DNA from: an uncultured Acidobacteriota bacterium
GTDB lineage: Bacteria > Acidobacteriota > Blastocatellia > RBC074
DNA: 64,000 nt
NCBI GenBank assembly: GCA_963796275.1
Contig: CAWCKY010000003.1
Span: 320,001-384,000, forward strand
Direction of reading: 5' to 3'
Part shown: piece by piece, positions 49,866 through 60,106 of the stretch
How positions within the stretch are numbered: position 1 is the first letter of the stretch
Layout: the number at the start of each line of letters is the position of its first letter
Notes under the pieces: generated by a model
The model's database searches: none
What the model was told of the DNA's origin: nothing
Seen by the model: only the letters and a program-made list of their open reading frames with translations
Program-made: the position numbers and the translations under genes

Positions 49866-52304
49866 TCACTCGTGGTGTAAAACTGTTATTGGATCTACCC
49901 TGGCGGCTTGGCGCGCGGGGAGCCAGCAAGCGAGGATGGCTACCACTATCAGTAAAACTGGAACCGCCAGAAATGTCAGAGAGTCGGTCGGCTTGACCTC
50001 ATATAGCATGGTCGTCAGGATGCGGGTGAGCGTCCAGGCGCCGGCGAGGCCGATCACGACGCCGATGCCCACCGGTTTCAACCCTTGCCGCAACACGAGA
50101 GCGATCACATCGCCTCGCTGTGCGCCCAGCGCGACGCGAATGCCCAGTTCGTGGGCGCGTTGGACGACTGAAACAACCATCACGGCGTAAAGGCCGACCA
50201 CTGCCATCGCCAGCGCGAGCGAGGCAAAGACTCCTAGCAAGACAGTTCGGAATCGTGGCTGGGCTATCGACTCGGACAATCTCTCTTCCATCGTACGGAC
50301 TTCAAAGACGGGCAAGCTCGCGTCAATGGCAGACACGGCGCGGCGCAATGCCGTCTCGAAGCTGGCTATTTCTGTCTGTGTGCGCACCGCCAGATTTAGG
50401 GTCACGGCGGGAACCTGGCTCCATGGCACGAACATTTCCGGCCTCGGTTCTTCTCCCCTGCCACTGTGACGCACGCTGCCGACGACGCCTACTATCTCCC
50501 GCCAGACTGCTCTGTAGTAGGTTTCCTTGATACGTTGCCCAATCGGATCAGCACCCGGCCAGTATCGCTTGGCCATCGTCTCGTTGATGACTGTCACCAT
50601 TGGCGCGTGCTCCTGGTCAGCGCTCGAAAATTCGCGCCCTTCGAGCAGCGGAATGCCCATCACCTGGAAATAGTCTGGGCTAACCGAACGGAAGTCGGCG
50701 ACTGGCATGCGCGGACTGATTTCCTCTTGGCCGTTCATGTAAATGCCAAACCCCTGATTACCTGTGGCAAACGGCAGAAAAGAAGTCAGCGCCGCCTCTC
50801 GTATCCCCGGCTGACGGCGAACCTCTTCGAGCAGCCGCTCAGCGAAGTTCAGTCGCTGCGGCGGCGTTGAATATGCGTGGCCCTGCAGTTGGACGCGCGC
50901 CGTCAGAATGCGTTCGGGCCGGAAGCCCAGCGGCGTTTGCTGTAGTAGCACAAAGCTTTTGATCAGCAAGCCCGCGCCCGTCAGCAACACCACCGTCAAC
51001 GCTACCTGTGACACGACCAGCATTGAGCGCAGACGTCGAGAGCCGAAAGCGCCGTCCAGAGTTCGACTACCCGCCTTCAAAACCTCGGTCAGCGCCGTCT
51101 GCGAAGCGCGCAGCGCCGGCAAGGTCCCAAACAGCAGACCGGCTGTTACAGTTAACGCGAAGGTAAACCCCAGCACGCGCCCATCCACACCGATCTCGCC
51201 GATGCGCGGGATCGCGCTTGGGAGCATCGCGTTGATTAGTGACATCCCACAGTAGGTGAGCAACAGACCGGAAACTCCGCCCAAGCCAGCCAACAACAGA
51301 CTTTCGGTGAGGAATTGCCGCACGATGCGGCTGCGTCTGGCGCCGAGACTCAGGCGCACGGCGATCTCTTTCTGTCGCTGCACGGAGACAGTCATCAATA
51401 AATTCGCCAGATTCGCGCAAGCGATCAACACAACGAACCCGACCGCACCCATCAACGCTAGCATCATCGTGCGAACGTCGCCCACCAGCGCCTCTTGCAA
51501 GCCTATTACTCGCACACTCTCAAACCGGGGGCCTTCCTCATCCGATTTCTTGATAATCGTCGCCACTTCAGTGTTGGCCTGCGTAAGTGTCATTCCTGGC
51601 TTCAACCGGGCAATGAGCGAAAGAAAATAGCCGCCGTAGTCGCTCAGATCAGAGACGCTCAGGACTAGAGGCACGAACAGGTCTTTATCAAGCGGGAAAT
51701 TAAGCGCCGGCGGCAGCACTCCGATCACTGTGTAGCTCTGCCCGTCCAGCCCAATCGCGCGCCCCACTACACCCGCATCCCCGCCAAACTGTCTTTGCCA
51801 TAATCCTTGACTGAGCAGGACAACCTTTTTGCCGCCATCCTGATTTTCTTCTATTGTCAGATTCCTACCCTGGATAGGCTGCACGCCGAGAGTCGGCAGC
51901 AGGTCGGCCGAGATGCACGCGCCCTTGACACGCTCCGGCAAATTGCCGCCAGACATGTTGAACGTGACGTCCGTATAGGCGCTGAGGTGCGAGAAAGAGC
52001 GGTTCTGAGTTGCCAGGTCGCGAAAATCCGGGGCAGCGAAGCTAGCGGGATTCTTCGCCTCGAAAAACAAGAGGCGTGCGGGTTCGGGAAAAGGCAATGG
52101 GCGGAGTAAGACACCACTGACGACGCTGAACATCGCGGTGTTGGCGCCGATACCCACCGTCAGTGTGAGCCAGGCTATCAAGGTGAAGCCGGGCTTCTTC
52201 ATCAACATTCGCGCGCCGTAGCGCAGGTCCTGCAGCAGGTCCTCCAACCAACGTGTCCCGCGGGCATCGCGGCACTGCTCCTCCTCCATGCTGGGGGGTA
52301 TCAA
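49866..52304 (-). CDS. ADOP family ABC permease, N-terminal prefix largely missing
   Basis: [27 protein letters not shown]...[10 protein letters not shown]. Confidence 0.9.
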   Translation of the reverse strand: MIPPSMEEEQCRDARGTRWLEDLLQDLRYGARMLMKKPGFTLIAWLTLTVGIGANTAMFSVVSGVLLRPLPFPEPARLLFFEAKNPASFAAPDFRDLATQNRSFSHLSAYTDVTFNMSGGNLPERVKGACISADLLPTLGVQPIQGRNLTIEENQDGGKKVVLLSQGLWQRQFGGDAGVVGRAIGLDGQSYTVIGVLPPALNFPLDKDLFVPLVLSVSDLSDYGGYFLSLIARLKPGMTLTQANTEVATIIKKSDEEGPRFESVRVIGLQEALVGDVRTMMLALMGAVGFVVLIACANLANLLMTVSVQRQKEIAVRLSLGARRSRIVRQFLTESLLLAGLGGVSGLLLTYCGMSLINAMLPSAIPRIGEIGVDGRVLGFTFALTVTAGLLFGTLPALRASQTALTEVLKAGSRTLDGAFGSRRLRSMLVVSQVALTVVLLTGAGLLIKSFVLLQQTPLGFRPERILTARVQLQGHAYSTPPQRLNFAERLLEEVRRQPGIREAALTSFLPFATGNQGFGIYMNGQEEISPRMPVADFRSVSPDYFQVMGIPLLEGREFSSADQEHAPMVTVINETMAKRYWPGADPIGQRIKETYYRAVWREIVGVVGSVRHSGRGEEPRPEMFVPWSQVPAVTLNLAVRTQTEIASFETALRRAVSAIDASLPVFEVRTMEERLSESIAQPRFRTVLLGVFASLALAMAVVGLYAVMVVSVVQRAHELGIRVALGAQRGDVIALVLRQGLKPVGIGVVIGLAGAWTLTRILTTMLYEVKPTDSLTFLAVPVLLIVVAILACWLPARQAARVDPITVLHHE

Positions 52305-53587
52305 GACAATACCTCTTTTGATCCTTTCAAAAGGCCAGCCAAATCTTTGATCCCGACACCCGGCCCACTCGGAACCGACATTTTTCCGTCGTTCACCGTG
52401 ATCGGAGGATCGAACCAGTTCCCGTACTTCTCCGTCCCGAGTTTATATTCCTGATATCTCCCAATGTCCGGAACGCAGGAAGCGAAATGGAGCATGTAAA
52501 CGAATCCGAACCCGCCCGAGATATGAACGGTCGTCGGCATCTTGGCTACCTGGGCCATCCTCGCAACGCGCACCGAGCGGATCATACCGCCGTAATAATG
52601 CAGATCCGGTTGAACGATATCCACGCCGCGATTGGCGATCATCCACCGGAAACGCCAATCGCTGTACTCCTGCTCTCCCCCCGCTACGGGGATTGTCAGG
52701 GCGTCAGTCACGACCTTGGTCTCTTCCAGATGATCGAACTGGCATGGTTCCTCAAAGTAGACCGCTTTAACTTCCTCCAGCATGCGTCCTATTCTGATCG
52801 CATGCTGCGCGTCGTATGAGCTGTTGGAATCGGCGTGAATATCGATCCCATCCCCGAGAGTCTTGCGCACGAGCGGAATCAGCGTTTCGGTCCGACCCGG
52901 CATCGAATCCGCATTACGGCTCATCCGTCCGCCAACGCGGAATTTCACGGCCTTCGCTCCCGATTGCGCCACCAATTTCTGCAGGTACTCGACCTCCTGT
53001 TCGGGCGTGGTGTCCCTTCTTCCGCTGGCCACGTAGAATGCAACATCTTTCCGCAGTATGTCTCCAAGCAGCGCTCCCATCGGCTTACCTGCGATGCGCC
53101 CCAGCATATCCAGGATCGCGAACTCCACCCACGCTTGCGGACTCCACAACGCCAGGCCATAGAGCTTGTAGTTGTCCCGGGCGCGATAGAATTCCCACAG
53201 CAGGTCCTCCAGGTTTCGTGCATCCTTACCGATGAAAAAAGGGATCACCAGCTGGTTGAGTATCTTGTCCAAATATTGTTCGCGCGGCGGATTGGTCAGA
53301 GCTACGCCTTCAGCCCCATCTTTAGAGCGCACGTGTACGAAGTGTTCATTGTCCTTCTTTACCAGCTTGATCGATTCGATGATGACCGGTGAATTCAGCC
53401 CATCGAGTTTCAGCACCGGCAGGGCGGCAGCTTTGTCTAATTCCTCGAGATTTGGGCCAGAAGCGGATGTTCTCCTGAATGGTTCATTGCTCGTGCATGC
53501 GGAGTTCAGCCCAACGACTCCTGCACCCACCGCGCTTATCAGAAAACTACGACGGTTAAAACGGGTCATTATTCGCCTCCTTAACAT
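52301..53587 (-). CDS. Mandelate racemase/muconate lactonizing enzyme family, Tat signal
   Basis: [36 protein letters not shown]. Confidence 0.9.
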   Translation of the reverse strand: MLRRRIMTRFNRRSFLISAVGAGVVGLNSACTSNEPFRRTSASGPNLEELDKAAALPVLKLDGLNSPVIIESIKLVKKDNEHFVHVRSKDGAEGVALTNPPREQYLDKILNQLVIPFFIGKDARNLEDLLWEFYRARDNYKLYGLALWSPQAWVEFAILDMLGRIAGKPMGALLGDILRKDVAFYVASGRRDTTPEQEVEYLQKLVAQSGAKAVKFRVGGRMSRNADSMPGRTETLIPLVRKTLGDGIDIHADSNSSYDAQHAIRIGRMLEEVKAVYFEEPCQFDHLEETKVVTDALTIPVAGGEQEYSDWRFRWMIANRGVDIVQPDLHYYGGMIRSVRVARMAQVAKMPTTVHISGGFGFVYMLHFASCVPDIGRYQEYKLGTEKYGNWFDPPITVNDGKMSVPSGPGVGIKDLAGLLKGSKEVLS

Positions 53588-53594
53588 ACGGTTA

Positions 53595-54833
53595 CTAGTT
53601 TTCTAAACACTTTGCCACTATTAGAGTGAGGTCGTCGTGTTGTTCGTATGGTGCGAAATTCTGAACCTCATCGACGATTGATGCGAGTAAAGCTTCAGCA
53701 GATAAATTACAGCCTCGCCGCAATGATTCGGCTAGGCGCTTTTCTCCAAACTCTTCTCCTGCCTCGTTGAACGATTCGGTAATGCCGTCAGTATAGAGCG
53801 TGAGCGTGTCTCCGGGGAATAGCTGGTGTTCTCTTATTACGCAATCCCATTCCTTGAATAGTCCGAGTACGGTGCAAGTGGAATCGAGCCTTTCGAGAGT
53901 GCCATCGCTCCTGAGAAGGAGTGCGGATAGATGCCCGCAATTCACGTAGCGCAAGCTCCGAACATTGTCGTCGTATTCAGAAAAGAAAAGGGTGGCGTAG
54001 GAACTCTCGGCCGTGTTTTCGTAAAAGAGCCGATTCGCGGATTGCAAAAAGCGCTGCGGTTGATCCGACGCGATCGCCACCTGGCTGCGCAGATTCGCCT
54101 GTAAATTGGCCATCATCAGGGCAGCGGCGATCCCCTTGCCTGAGATGTCCCCGATAACAAGCCCGAGCCGTCCCCGACCCAGATCGAGGAAATCGTAATA
54201 ATCTCCGCCGACTTGGCGGGCCTGAATACAGCTCCCGGCATAATCGAGTGTCCGGAGAGGCGGGAGCGTCTGGGGGAAGAGCCTTGCCTGCACCTGTTTC
54301 GCAATCTCCAGTTCCTGTGTTGCGCGCCGTTCGATTTCCAGTTTCTCGGCGATCGCCCGGCGCTTCGCTTCGACTTCCTTTGTCATCTCATCGGAACCTA
54401 CGAGCGCAAACCGGTTCCCGTCTACATCCTCGAAGGTGGTGAACTTTCCGCCCCAGATAGGGGTGTGCGGCGGGTGGTGAAAGCGAACGCCGCGTTCTGA
54501 CCAATCGCGAAACTTGGCGTCTATGTCTTCTGTAACAAATACGACCTGCCGGGCTTGACCGATGAGCTTGTATTCTTCTTCGTGAGGTTCGGGAGCGACA
54601 AGCGCAATGATCGCCGTGCCATCCGGAGGAGTCACCCCAACCCAGCGGCCGGAGCCTTCAAATCGATTATCCGCCACCAGACTGAATCCAAGCTGGTCGA
54701 CGTAAAATCGTATGCTGCGATCCTGATCGCGCACGAAAATGGTGGTATGTAAAAGCCGGAGGTAAGGAGCCTGGCCATGATTCGGATGAACAGATAACTG
54801 ATTCGCCCATAGTGATACAAGAGGGTCGCTCAT
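53595..54833 (-). CDS. VOC (glyoxalase-like) - SpoIIE/PP2C phosphatase fusion
   Basis: FVRDQDRSIRFYVDQLGF...FEDVDGNRF, then VGGDYYDF, GDISGKG, LYTDGITE, HDDLT. Confidence 0.9.
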   Translation of the reverse strand: MSDPLVSLWANQLSVHPNHGQAPYLRLLHTTIFVRDQDRSIRFYVDQLGFSLVADNRFEGSGRWVGVTPPDGTAIIALVAPEPHEEEYKLIGQARQVVFVTEDIDAKFRDWSERGVRFHHPPHTPIWGGKFTTFEDVDGNRFALVGSDEMTKEVEAKRRAIAEKLEIERRATQELEIAKQVQARLFPQTLPPLRTLDYAGSCIQARQVGGDYYDFLDLGRGRLGLVIGDISGKGIAAALMMANLQANLRSQVAIASDQPQRFLQSANRLFYENTAESSYATLFFSEYDDNVRSLRYVNCGHLSALLLRSDGTLERLDSTCTVLGLFKEWDCVIREHQLFPGDTLTLYTDGITESFNEAGEEFGEKRLAESLRRGCNLSAEALLASIVDEVQNFAPYEQHDDLTLIVAKCLEN

Positions 54834-54908
54834 GAGCGCGATTATAAAAAAGGTAGGACAGGTTACCAACCGGTGAACCTGTCCAGCCAAATTTTCATTT
54901 TTTGTTTT

Positions 54909-55061
54909 TCAACGTGTCGCGGCGTAATTCGACGGGTTCTCCTGCGCCTTCTTTGCGCAGTCGTCGCAGCAGACGGTGATCTCTTTGCCGGCGACCTTCA
55001 CTTTAATCCCTTCATCCTTGATCTCCCAGTCGCATACCGGACATTTCTTCGTCTTGTTCAT
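54909..55061 (-). CDS. Small (50 aa) TRASH/YHS-like Cys-rich protein, absent from the ORF track
   Basis: MNKTKKCPVCDWEIKDEGIKVKVAGKEITVCCDDCAKKAQENPSNYAATR; AAGGA RBS. Confidence 0.75.
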   Translation of the reverse strand: MNKTKKCPVCDWEIKDEGIKVKVAGKEITVCCDDCAKKAQENPSNYAATR

Positions 55062-55164
55062 AATCAATCCTTTCGTATGAGGTTCGTTGACACTGAAACA
55101 CTACAACAGTCGCTCCGACTATTGCGGCAATTCCAACGAAAACAGGATAGGTGAAAGGGGAAAA

Positions 55165-56127
55165 TCAGACTTCCGGATTCTTGCTAATTTCGCGGAGCAT
55201 TCGGCTGCCGGCCGCGCGCACTTCGGATGGGGTGCGGTCGAATTCACGGCGGAATGCACCGGTGAAATGGCTATGGCTGGCGAAACCGAGTTCGAGGGCG
55301 AGGGCGGTAAGATCGTCCGCGCCATCGGCGAGTCGTTCGAGCGAGGCGCGGAGCCGCAGTCTGGTCAGATAGCGATGGATAGGCATTCCGGTTCGTTGTT
55401 GGAAGATACGTGCCAGATGAAATGGCGAGGCATATACGGCTTGAGCTACGTCATCGAGCGTGATGCGATCAGACATGCGACTCGCGAGGTAAGATTTGGT
55501 CGCCTCGGTTAGCTCTGCGTGATCGGCCGCAGTGCCGTCCCGCCGCGGCCTGCACGGCATCCCACTTAGCGCGAATGCTGCTTCTACCACCTCTGTGATG
55601 ATCTGAAGCGACATCTCTTCAACCCTGAGCGGGTCGAGCTGATCGTCGCCGGCATCTTTAACGTTCTTCAACTGCAACACGAGTTCGTAGTGCCGCCAAA
55701 AGACGCCGGAATTGCACGGTCCGGTGACGAATGGGAACGTCCATTGGGAAGCGTCGTCGACAGTCGGATCGAGTTCGCGGATGATGTCGCCCAGAGCTCG
55801 CGGTGATGGCGTGAAAATAGTGCCGCGATCGCCGCAATCGGCCGGATGGCTCACGTGGTAGGTCGATTCCTTGGAAAAGAAGACAGCCTGATTGACGTCT
55901 GCGGTAACAGTCCGACGCCCGAGATGCTTGCTGAATGCGCCGCTGCGCATTAGAACGATCTGGTTCAAGCTGGAGTATTCCTCATCCTGAGGGCCGCCGC
56001 GACCGATGGAGCAGGAGTAATCGCTCACGCTCAGGATGGGGCCGTCATAGACCGACTGGAATGAAATCATGTTATCGACCGGACGCGACATCAATTGCAT
56101 CCTACATGATCGGCGGGCGCGAATCAA
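55165..56127 (-). CDS. AraC family transcriptional regulator
   Basis: ITLDDVAQAVYASPFHLARIF...LALELGFASHSHFTGAFRREF..TPS. Confidence 0.92.
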   Translation of the reverse strand: MIRARRSCRMQLMSRPVDNMISFQSVYDGPILSVSDYSCSIGRGGPQDEEYSSLNQIVLMRSGAFSKHLGRRTVTADVNQAVFFSKESTYHVSHPADCGDRGTIFTPSPRALGDIIRELDPTVDDASQWTFPFVTGPCNSGVFWRHYELVLQLKNVKDAGDDQLDPLRVEEMSLQIITEVVEAAFALSGMPCRPRRDGTAADHAELTEATKSYLASRMSDRITLDDVAQAVYASPFHLARIFQQRTGMPIHRYLTRLRLRASLERLADGADDLTALALELGFASHSHFTGAFRREFDRTPSEVRAAGSRMLREISKNPEV

Positions 56128-56147
56128 AAGCAGACAGCCGGCAGATG

Positions 56148-56999
56148 CTATGATTTCAAGAAGAGACTATTTACCTCGGCGGCTGAAATCATGGTCTCGG
56201 TCATCGCCGTATACGTCCCTTGGTTAAGCGTTTCCGTGGCTATGCGCAGAGCGAGCGCGAGCGCAGCTTGCAGTGGTCCACACCCAAGACTGATTCGCCG
56301 GACCCCCGCGCGTTCGAGAGCAGCGACCGGCGGGAGTCCGGCGTAGCCCGCATAGATGTTTAGCGGCAACGCCACCGCGCGCGCCATTCGTTCCATTTCC
56401 TCCAGGCTTTCAAGCCCCGGCACGAAGATTCCGTCGGCGCCGGCTTCGCGGTATATCAAAGCGCGTCTAACCGCTTCGCCATAGCGTGCGGCAGGGTCAT
56501 CGGCAGGAACGAAATAAGTATCGGTGCGCGCATTGATGAACAAAGGTACGCCGGTCTTTTCCGCTACAGCTCGGATGGCGGATATCTTTTCTGCCAGCAT
56601 GACTGGCTGGACGAGTTCGGTTGTTCCCGATGCCACGCCATCCTCAATGTTAACTCCCACGACACCCAGTTCAATGAGGGCGCGCACCGTCTCGCAAACT
56701 TCCGCCGCTGTTCGACCGAAACCGCGCTCGATGTCGACGCTTACGGGCACCGTCACAACTCGACATATGCGCTCGCACGCCTGTATCAGTTCACGTTTAT
56801 CTATTCGCTCGCCGTCGGAATAGCCGAGCGACCATGCGAGGCCTGCGCTAGTAGTTGCAATCGCAGGTGAACCGGCTTGCTCGAAAAGTCGCGCACTCGC
56901 TGCATCCCAGGCGTTCACCAGCACAAGGGGTTTGTCGCCGGCATGAAGCCGGTGGAATTGCTCGGCTCGTTCCTGTTGTAGCGTCAGTTGCATTGCCAT
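56148..56999 (-). CDS. Isocitrate lyase/PEP mutase family protein
   Basis: NAWDAASAR, ATTSAG, VDIERGFG, NIEDG, INARTD, AGADGIFVPG. Confidence 0.92.
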   Translation of the reverse strand: MAMQLTLQQERAEQFHRLHAGDKPLVLVNAWDAASARLFEQAGSPAIATTSAGLAWSLGYSDGERIDKRELIQACERICRVVTVPVSVDIERGFGRTAAEVCETVRALIELGVVGVNIEDGVASGTTELVQPVMLAEKISAIRAVAEKTGVPLFINARTDTYFVPADDPAARYGEAVRRALIYREAGADGIFVPGLESLEEMERMARAVALPLNIYAGYAGLPPVAALERAGVRRISLGCGPLQAALALALRIATETLNQGTYTAMTETMISAAEVNSLFLKS

Positions 57000-58498
57000 T
57001 GACTCCTTTTATTCGAATTGTCGTCACTGCTGCGGCTCGTCCACAGATGCATCGCGGCATAAGCGCGCCAGGGTCGCCATGCTTCCGCGGCATCTACCAG
57101 TTGCGCCGCCGAGAGCAACCCGTTTCCATTACTCAGCGCGCGGCGAAGCCAAAGATCGTCCGCCGGGAAAGCATCTGTCTCTCCGAGCGCGCGCATCGCG
57201 ATGTAATTCGCCGTCCAGGGGCCGATCCCCGGGATTGCGCATAGACTCGCAATCACGTCGGGCAAGCCCTGTGATGCATCGAGCACCAGTTCGCCCCGAT
57301 GGATCCGCCGAGCCAGCGTGCAAATAGTCTTTGCTCGCGCCTTTGGTATCCCGAACTGAGAAAGTTCGGCCTCGGCCAGCACTTCAGGTCGTGGAAACAG
57401 ATGCGTGAGACCAGCCAAACTATAACCTTCCAGCGGCCGCCCGAATGCTTTCGTCAGGCGCCCTGCCAGCGTTGCTGCGCCTTTCATGGAAATTTGCTGT
57501 CCGAGCACGGCTCTAACAGCGAGCTCAAAGCCATCCCACGAGCCTGGGACTCTCAAACCCGGCGCGTCTTCGACATGCCTGCGCAGGATCGGGTTGCGGC
57601 GCAGGTGCTCGGTGATCTGTAATGGATCGGCGCCTAGATCGAATAAACGCCTGGCGCGCTCGATCACCAGAAGCAACAAATCGTAACTGGGTAACTGCAC
57701 GCGCATCGTCAAAGAGCCCTCGACTTGGCCCCGGTTCAGCTCAATGGTTCCTGCCAAATCTCCAATCTCGATAGTTCTCTGGTAGGATTCCCCCTGAACC
57801 AGCTCGATCCCTTGTATGGCGCGCGCTTTGAGAAAGCGCAGCGTCGCTGCCCAGTCCAAAGGCGGCCGGTAGGGCAGTCGCACGACCAGGCCGCTACCAT
57901 TCTGCATCTGAAGCGAGCCGCCTTTTTTGCTCTTCAATCCATATCGCCGCCGCCGTTCCGTCGGAGACTGCCCGAATGTCGTGCGCACCGAGTGATTGAA
58001 TTGGCGTATGCTGCTGAAACCTGCAGAAAAGGCAATTTCAGTAATCGGGAGCATCGTCTCTTCGATCAACTTGACGGCGAAATGTACGCGGCGGGCGCGG
58101 GCAATGGCACCAGGCGAAGCGCCCAGGTGCTCGGCAAACAAACGGCGAAGCTGGCGCTCGCTGATGCCGAGTCGATACGCAAGCGCCTCGATATTACTTT
58201 CGTCCAGGGCTCCATCGGAGATCAGCCTGAGGGCACGGGAAACCACGGCCGAACTGCCAAACCAGGCGGGGGTTCCGGGGGCCGTTTCCGGATGACAGCG
58301 CCGGCAGGGACGAAATCCAGCCGCCTCGGCGGCAGCCGCGCAGGCAAAGAACCTCATGTTCTCAAATTTCGGCGGATGAACCGGGCAGATTGGCCGGCAA
58401 TAAATACCGGTCGTGATCACGCCGGTGAAAAAACGGCCATCGAATCGCCGATCACGGCTCAGGATCGCTTTGTAGCAAATTTCCGGATCAAGTTTCAT
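56984..58498 (-). CDS. alkA: Ada-AlkA bifunctional regulator / DNA-3-methyladenine glycosylase
   Basis: TTGIYCRPICP, GFRPCRRCHP Zn site, AraC HTH, VLGQQIS, PGIGPWTANY, WRPWRAYA. Confidence 0.92.
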   Translation of the reverse strand: MKLDPEICYKAILSRDRRFDGRFFTGVITTGIYCRPICPVHPPKFENMRFFACAAAAEAAGFRPCRRCHPETAPGTPAWFGSSAVVSRALRLISDGALDESNIEALAYRLGISERQLRRLFAEHLGASPGAIARARRVHFAVKLIEETMLPITEIAFSAGFSSIRQFNHSVRTTFGQSPTERRRRYGLKSKKGGSLQMQNGSGLVVRLPYRPPLDWAATLRFLKARAIQGIELVQGESYQRTIEIGDLAGTIELNRGQVEGSLTMRVQLPSYDLLLLVIERARRLFDLGADPLQITEHLRRNPILRRHVEDAPGLRVPGSWDGFELAVRAVLGQQISMKGAATLAGRLTKAFGRPLEGYSLAGLTHLFPRPEVLAEAELSQFGIPKARAKTICTLARRIHRGELVLDASQGLPDVIASLCAIPGIGPWTANYIAMRALGETDAFPADDLWLRRALSNGNGLLSAAQLVDAAEAWRPWRAYAAMHLWTSRSSDDNSNKRSQWQCN

Positions 58499-58632
58499 AC
58501 AGCCTTGCGGAATCAGCTCAGGATGATTTTCCCCTCTTGTGAAATCAAAATTCTCGTACTCATATCCTTCCTCCATGCTTATAAATCTTTTGTCCGCTCC
58601 TGGCTAGCAACTTTCGGACACCATCCTTTTGG

Positions 58633-58709
58633 CTCACGCAAAGCCGAAATGGCGCGAAGAAACAAAGAAGCAGAGCATACTTCTTCGCGAATTTGCGGAT
58701 TTGCGTGAG
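58633..58709. repeat. REP-like palindrome
   Basis: ctcacgcaaa..cgcgaagaa ... ttcttcgcg..tttgcgtgag. Confidence 0.7.
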
Positions 58710-58748
58710 ATTTCCTATCTCAAATGTCGCATCTTTGTATAGTTCGAT

Positions 58749-59573
58749 TTAGCGAATCCGGCCGCCGGCTTTGGCAACGAACATCAGGTTCTCCGGCGGT
58801 TCAATCATCCGAACGGTACTATTACGTACCTCAACGAGGTCCTGAAACCCACGCTCCTCCATGACATTCAGAACATTAACTCTTTCATTGCTCTTTTCTA
58901 GAAATTGCACAAAACCGGACAAAGACTTGTTCTTGCGCAGGTACTCATCCAGCCTCCGCCAGAGCTTGGGCCAGATGGGGGGTACCGTGGCGAGGTTGGC
59001 CCGGCTTTTAACCGTAACGCCCTGCGTAGTGCGGTCGGTCGGCCAAAGCCCGGCCTTGTCCTCCTTCGCCAGATATATCGCCTCATCAAATTCTTTACGG
59101 AGTTCGGCGAACAGTGTGTTGTAATAGAGCGGATAGGCGAATCCGGCTCGGGCTTGATGGATATTAACCGACTCTCGAATCAATGGTCCGTCAGCGTATA
59201 CAGTCGCGCCATCGGTCCTCCTTGTCGTGCCGGCGAACGCCAATGTAATTGGGCGACCGGCCACATCATCGGTCATACGAGTGAGGACAAATCCGCGCGG
59301 TTCCGGATTACTGTTTTCATCAAAACCAATCACTTTGATCAAGCTGTCACGAGCTTGTTCAGCAAGTGGTTTGGTTGCGTCCTTTTCAAGTGTATCGACA
59401 CCATCGAGCCGAAGCTGCGTGGTGTTCCTGGTCTCTGGCCCCGTTCCGAGTTCGACAGGCCTTCCCTCAAGGTTCTTCCATAGTTTTATATCGTCGGCGA
59501 GAAAGCGGATCGAGTCTCCATCGGGTGTCCCCGCCATAGGCTTGAAGCGGCCTTTAATTAATAGATACGGCAT
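58749..59573 (-). CDS. Thermonuclease (SNase-like) protein
   Basis: PDGDSIRF, QLRLDGVDTLE, D..GR, SVN...G.AYP, GLW. Confidence 0.8.
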   Translation of the reverse strand: MPYLLIKGRFKPMAGTPDGDSIRFLADDIKLWKNLEGRPVELGTGPETRNTTQLRLDGVDTLEKDATKPLAEQARDSLIKVIGFDENSNPEPRGFVLTRMTDDVAGRPITLAFAGTTRRTDGATVYADGPLIRESVNIHQARAGFAYPLYYNTLFAELRKEFDEAIYLAKEDKAGLWPTDRTTQGVTVKSRANLATVPPIWPKLWRRLDEYLRKNKSLSGFVQFLEKSNERVNVLNVMEERGFQDLVEVRNSTVRMIEPPENLMFVAKAGGRIR

Positions 59574-59600
59574 ACTTTCCTCCTGTTAAAGTTGAAAAAA

Positions 59601-59733
59601 AGGCCACCGAGACACAGACCATTCTTCATTTTTCATATGACATTTTCATTTGTCGTTGAATAAACGCGTCCCAACCAATGACAAATGAAGAATGCCAAAT
59701 GGAAAATACAAATGTCTTGTGTCTCGGTGGCCT
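59601..59733. repeat. Palindromic element with 16-bp perfect terminal IR and inner heptamer repeats
   Basis: aggccaccgagacaca ... tgtgtctcggtggcct enclosing tttcatt/aaatgaa repeats. Confidence 0.8.
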
Positions 59734-60106
59734 AGTCCTGTTATCTAGAAATGAGTACAAGGGGCAAATGATCATCAAGGTCGATGCAAGTGGAATCATT
59801 ACCTTTTTTGCCTTTAAAGATCAAGATGATTGATCGTCAAACTTGGATAGCTAATCAACGAGCAGAATGTAATACTCGGCGAGTCTACTGAGAATCACAT
59901 CTGCGCCAGATCGCTGGCTCGTCAAACGCTGCTCGACTGGTCCTCAATAGTCGCAACCGTTCTAAATCGGGATGACGATGCGCCAAATCAGATTCCATCT
60001 GCCGCACATTCAAGATAATTTGGCTATTACCGTAATTTGCCGACTCCCCATATAATGGTGGGAATGTTGCCCCTGTTGTGAACATCACAAATAAGGTAGG
60101 TAGAAC

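Noticed and set aside
57725-58708. 327-aa plus-strand ORF and other long antisense ORFs (e.g. 41450-42385, 25169-25894, 28707-29477)
   Set aside because: They are shadows of well-supported opposite-strand genes in GC-rich DNA, with no recognisable motifs.
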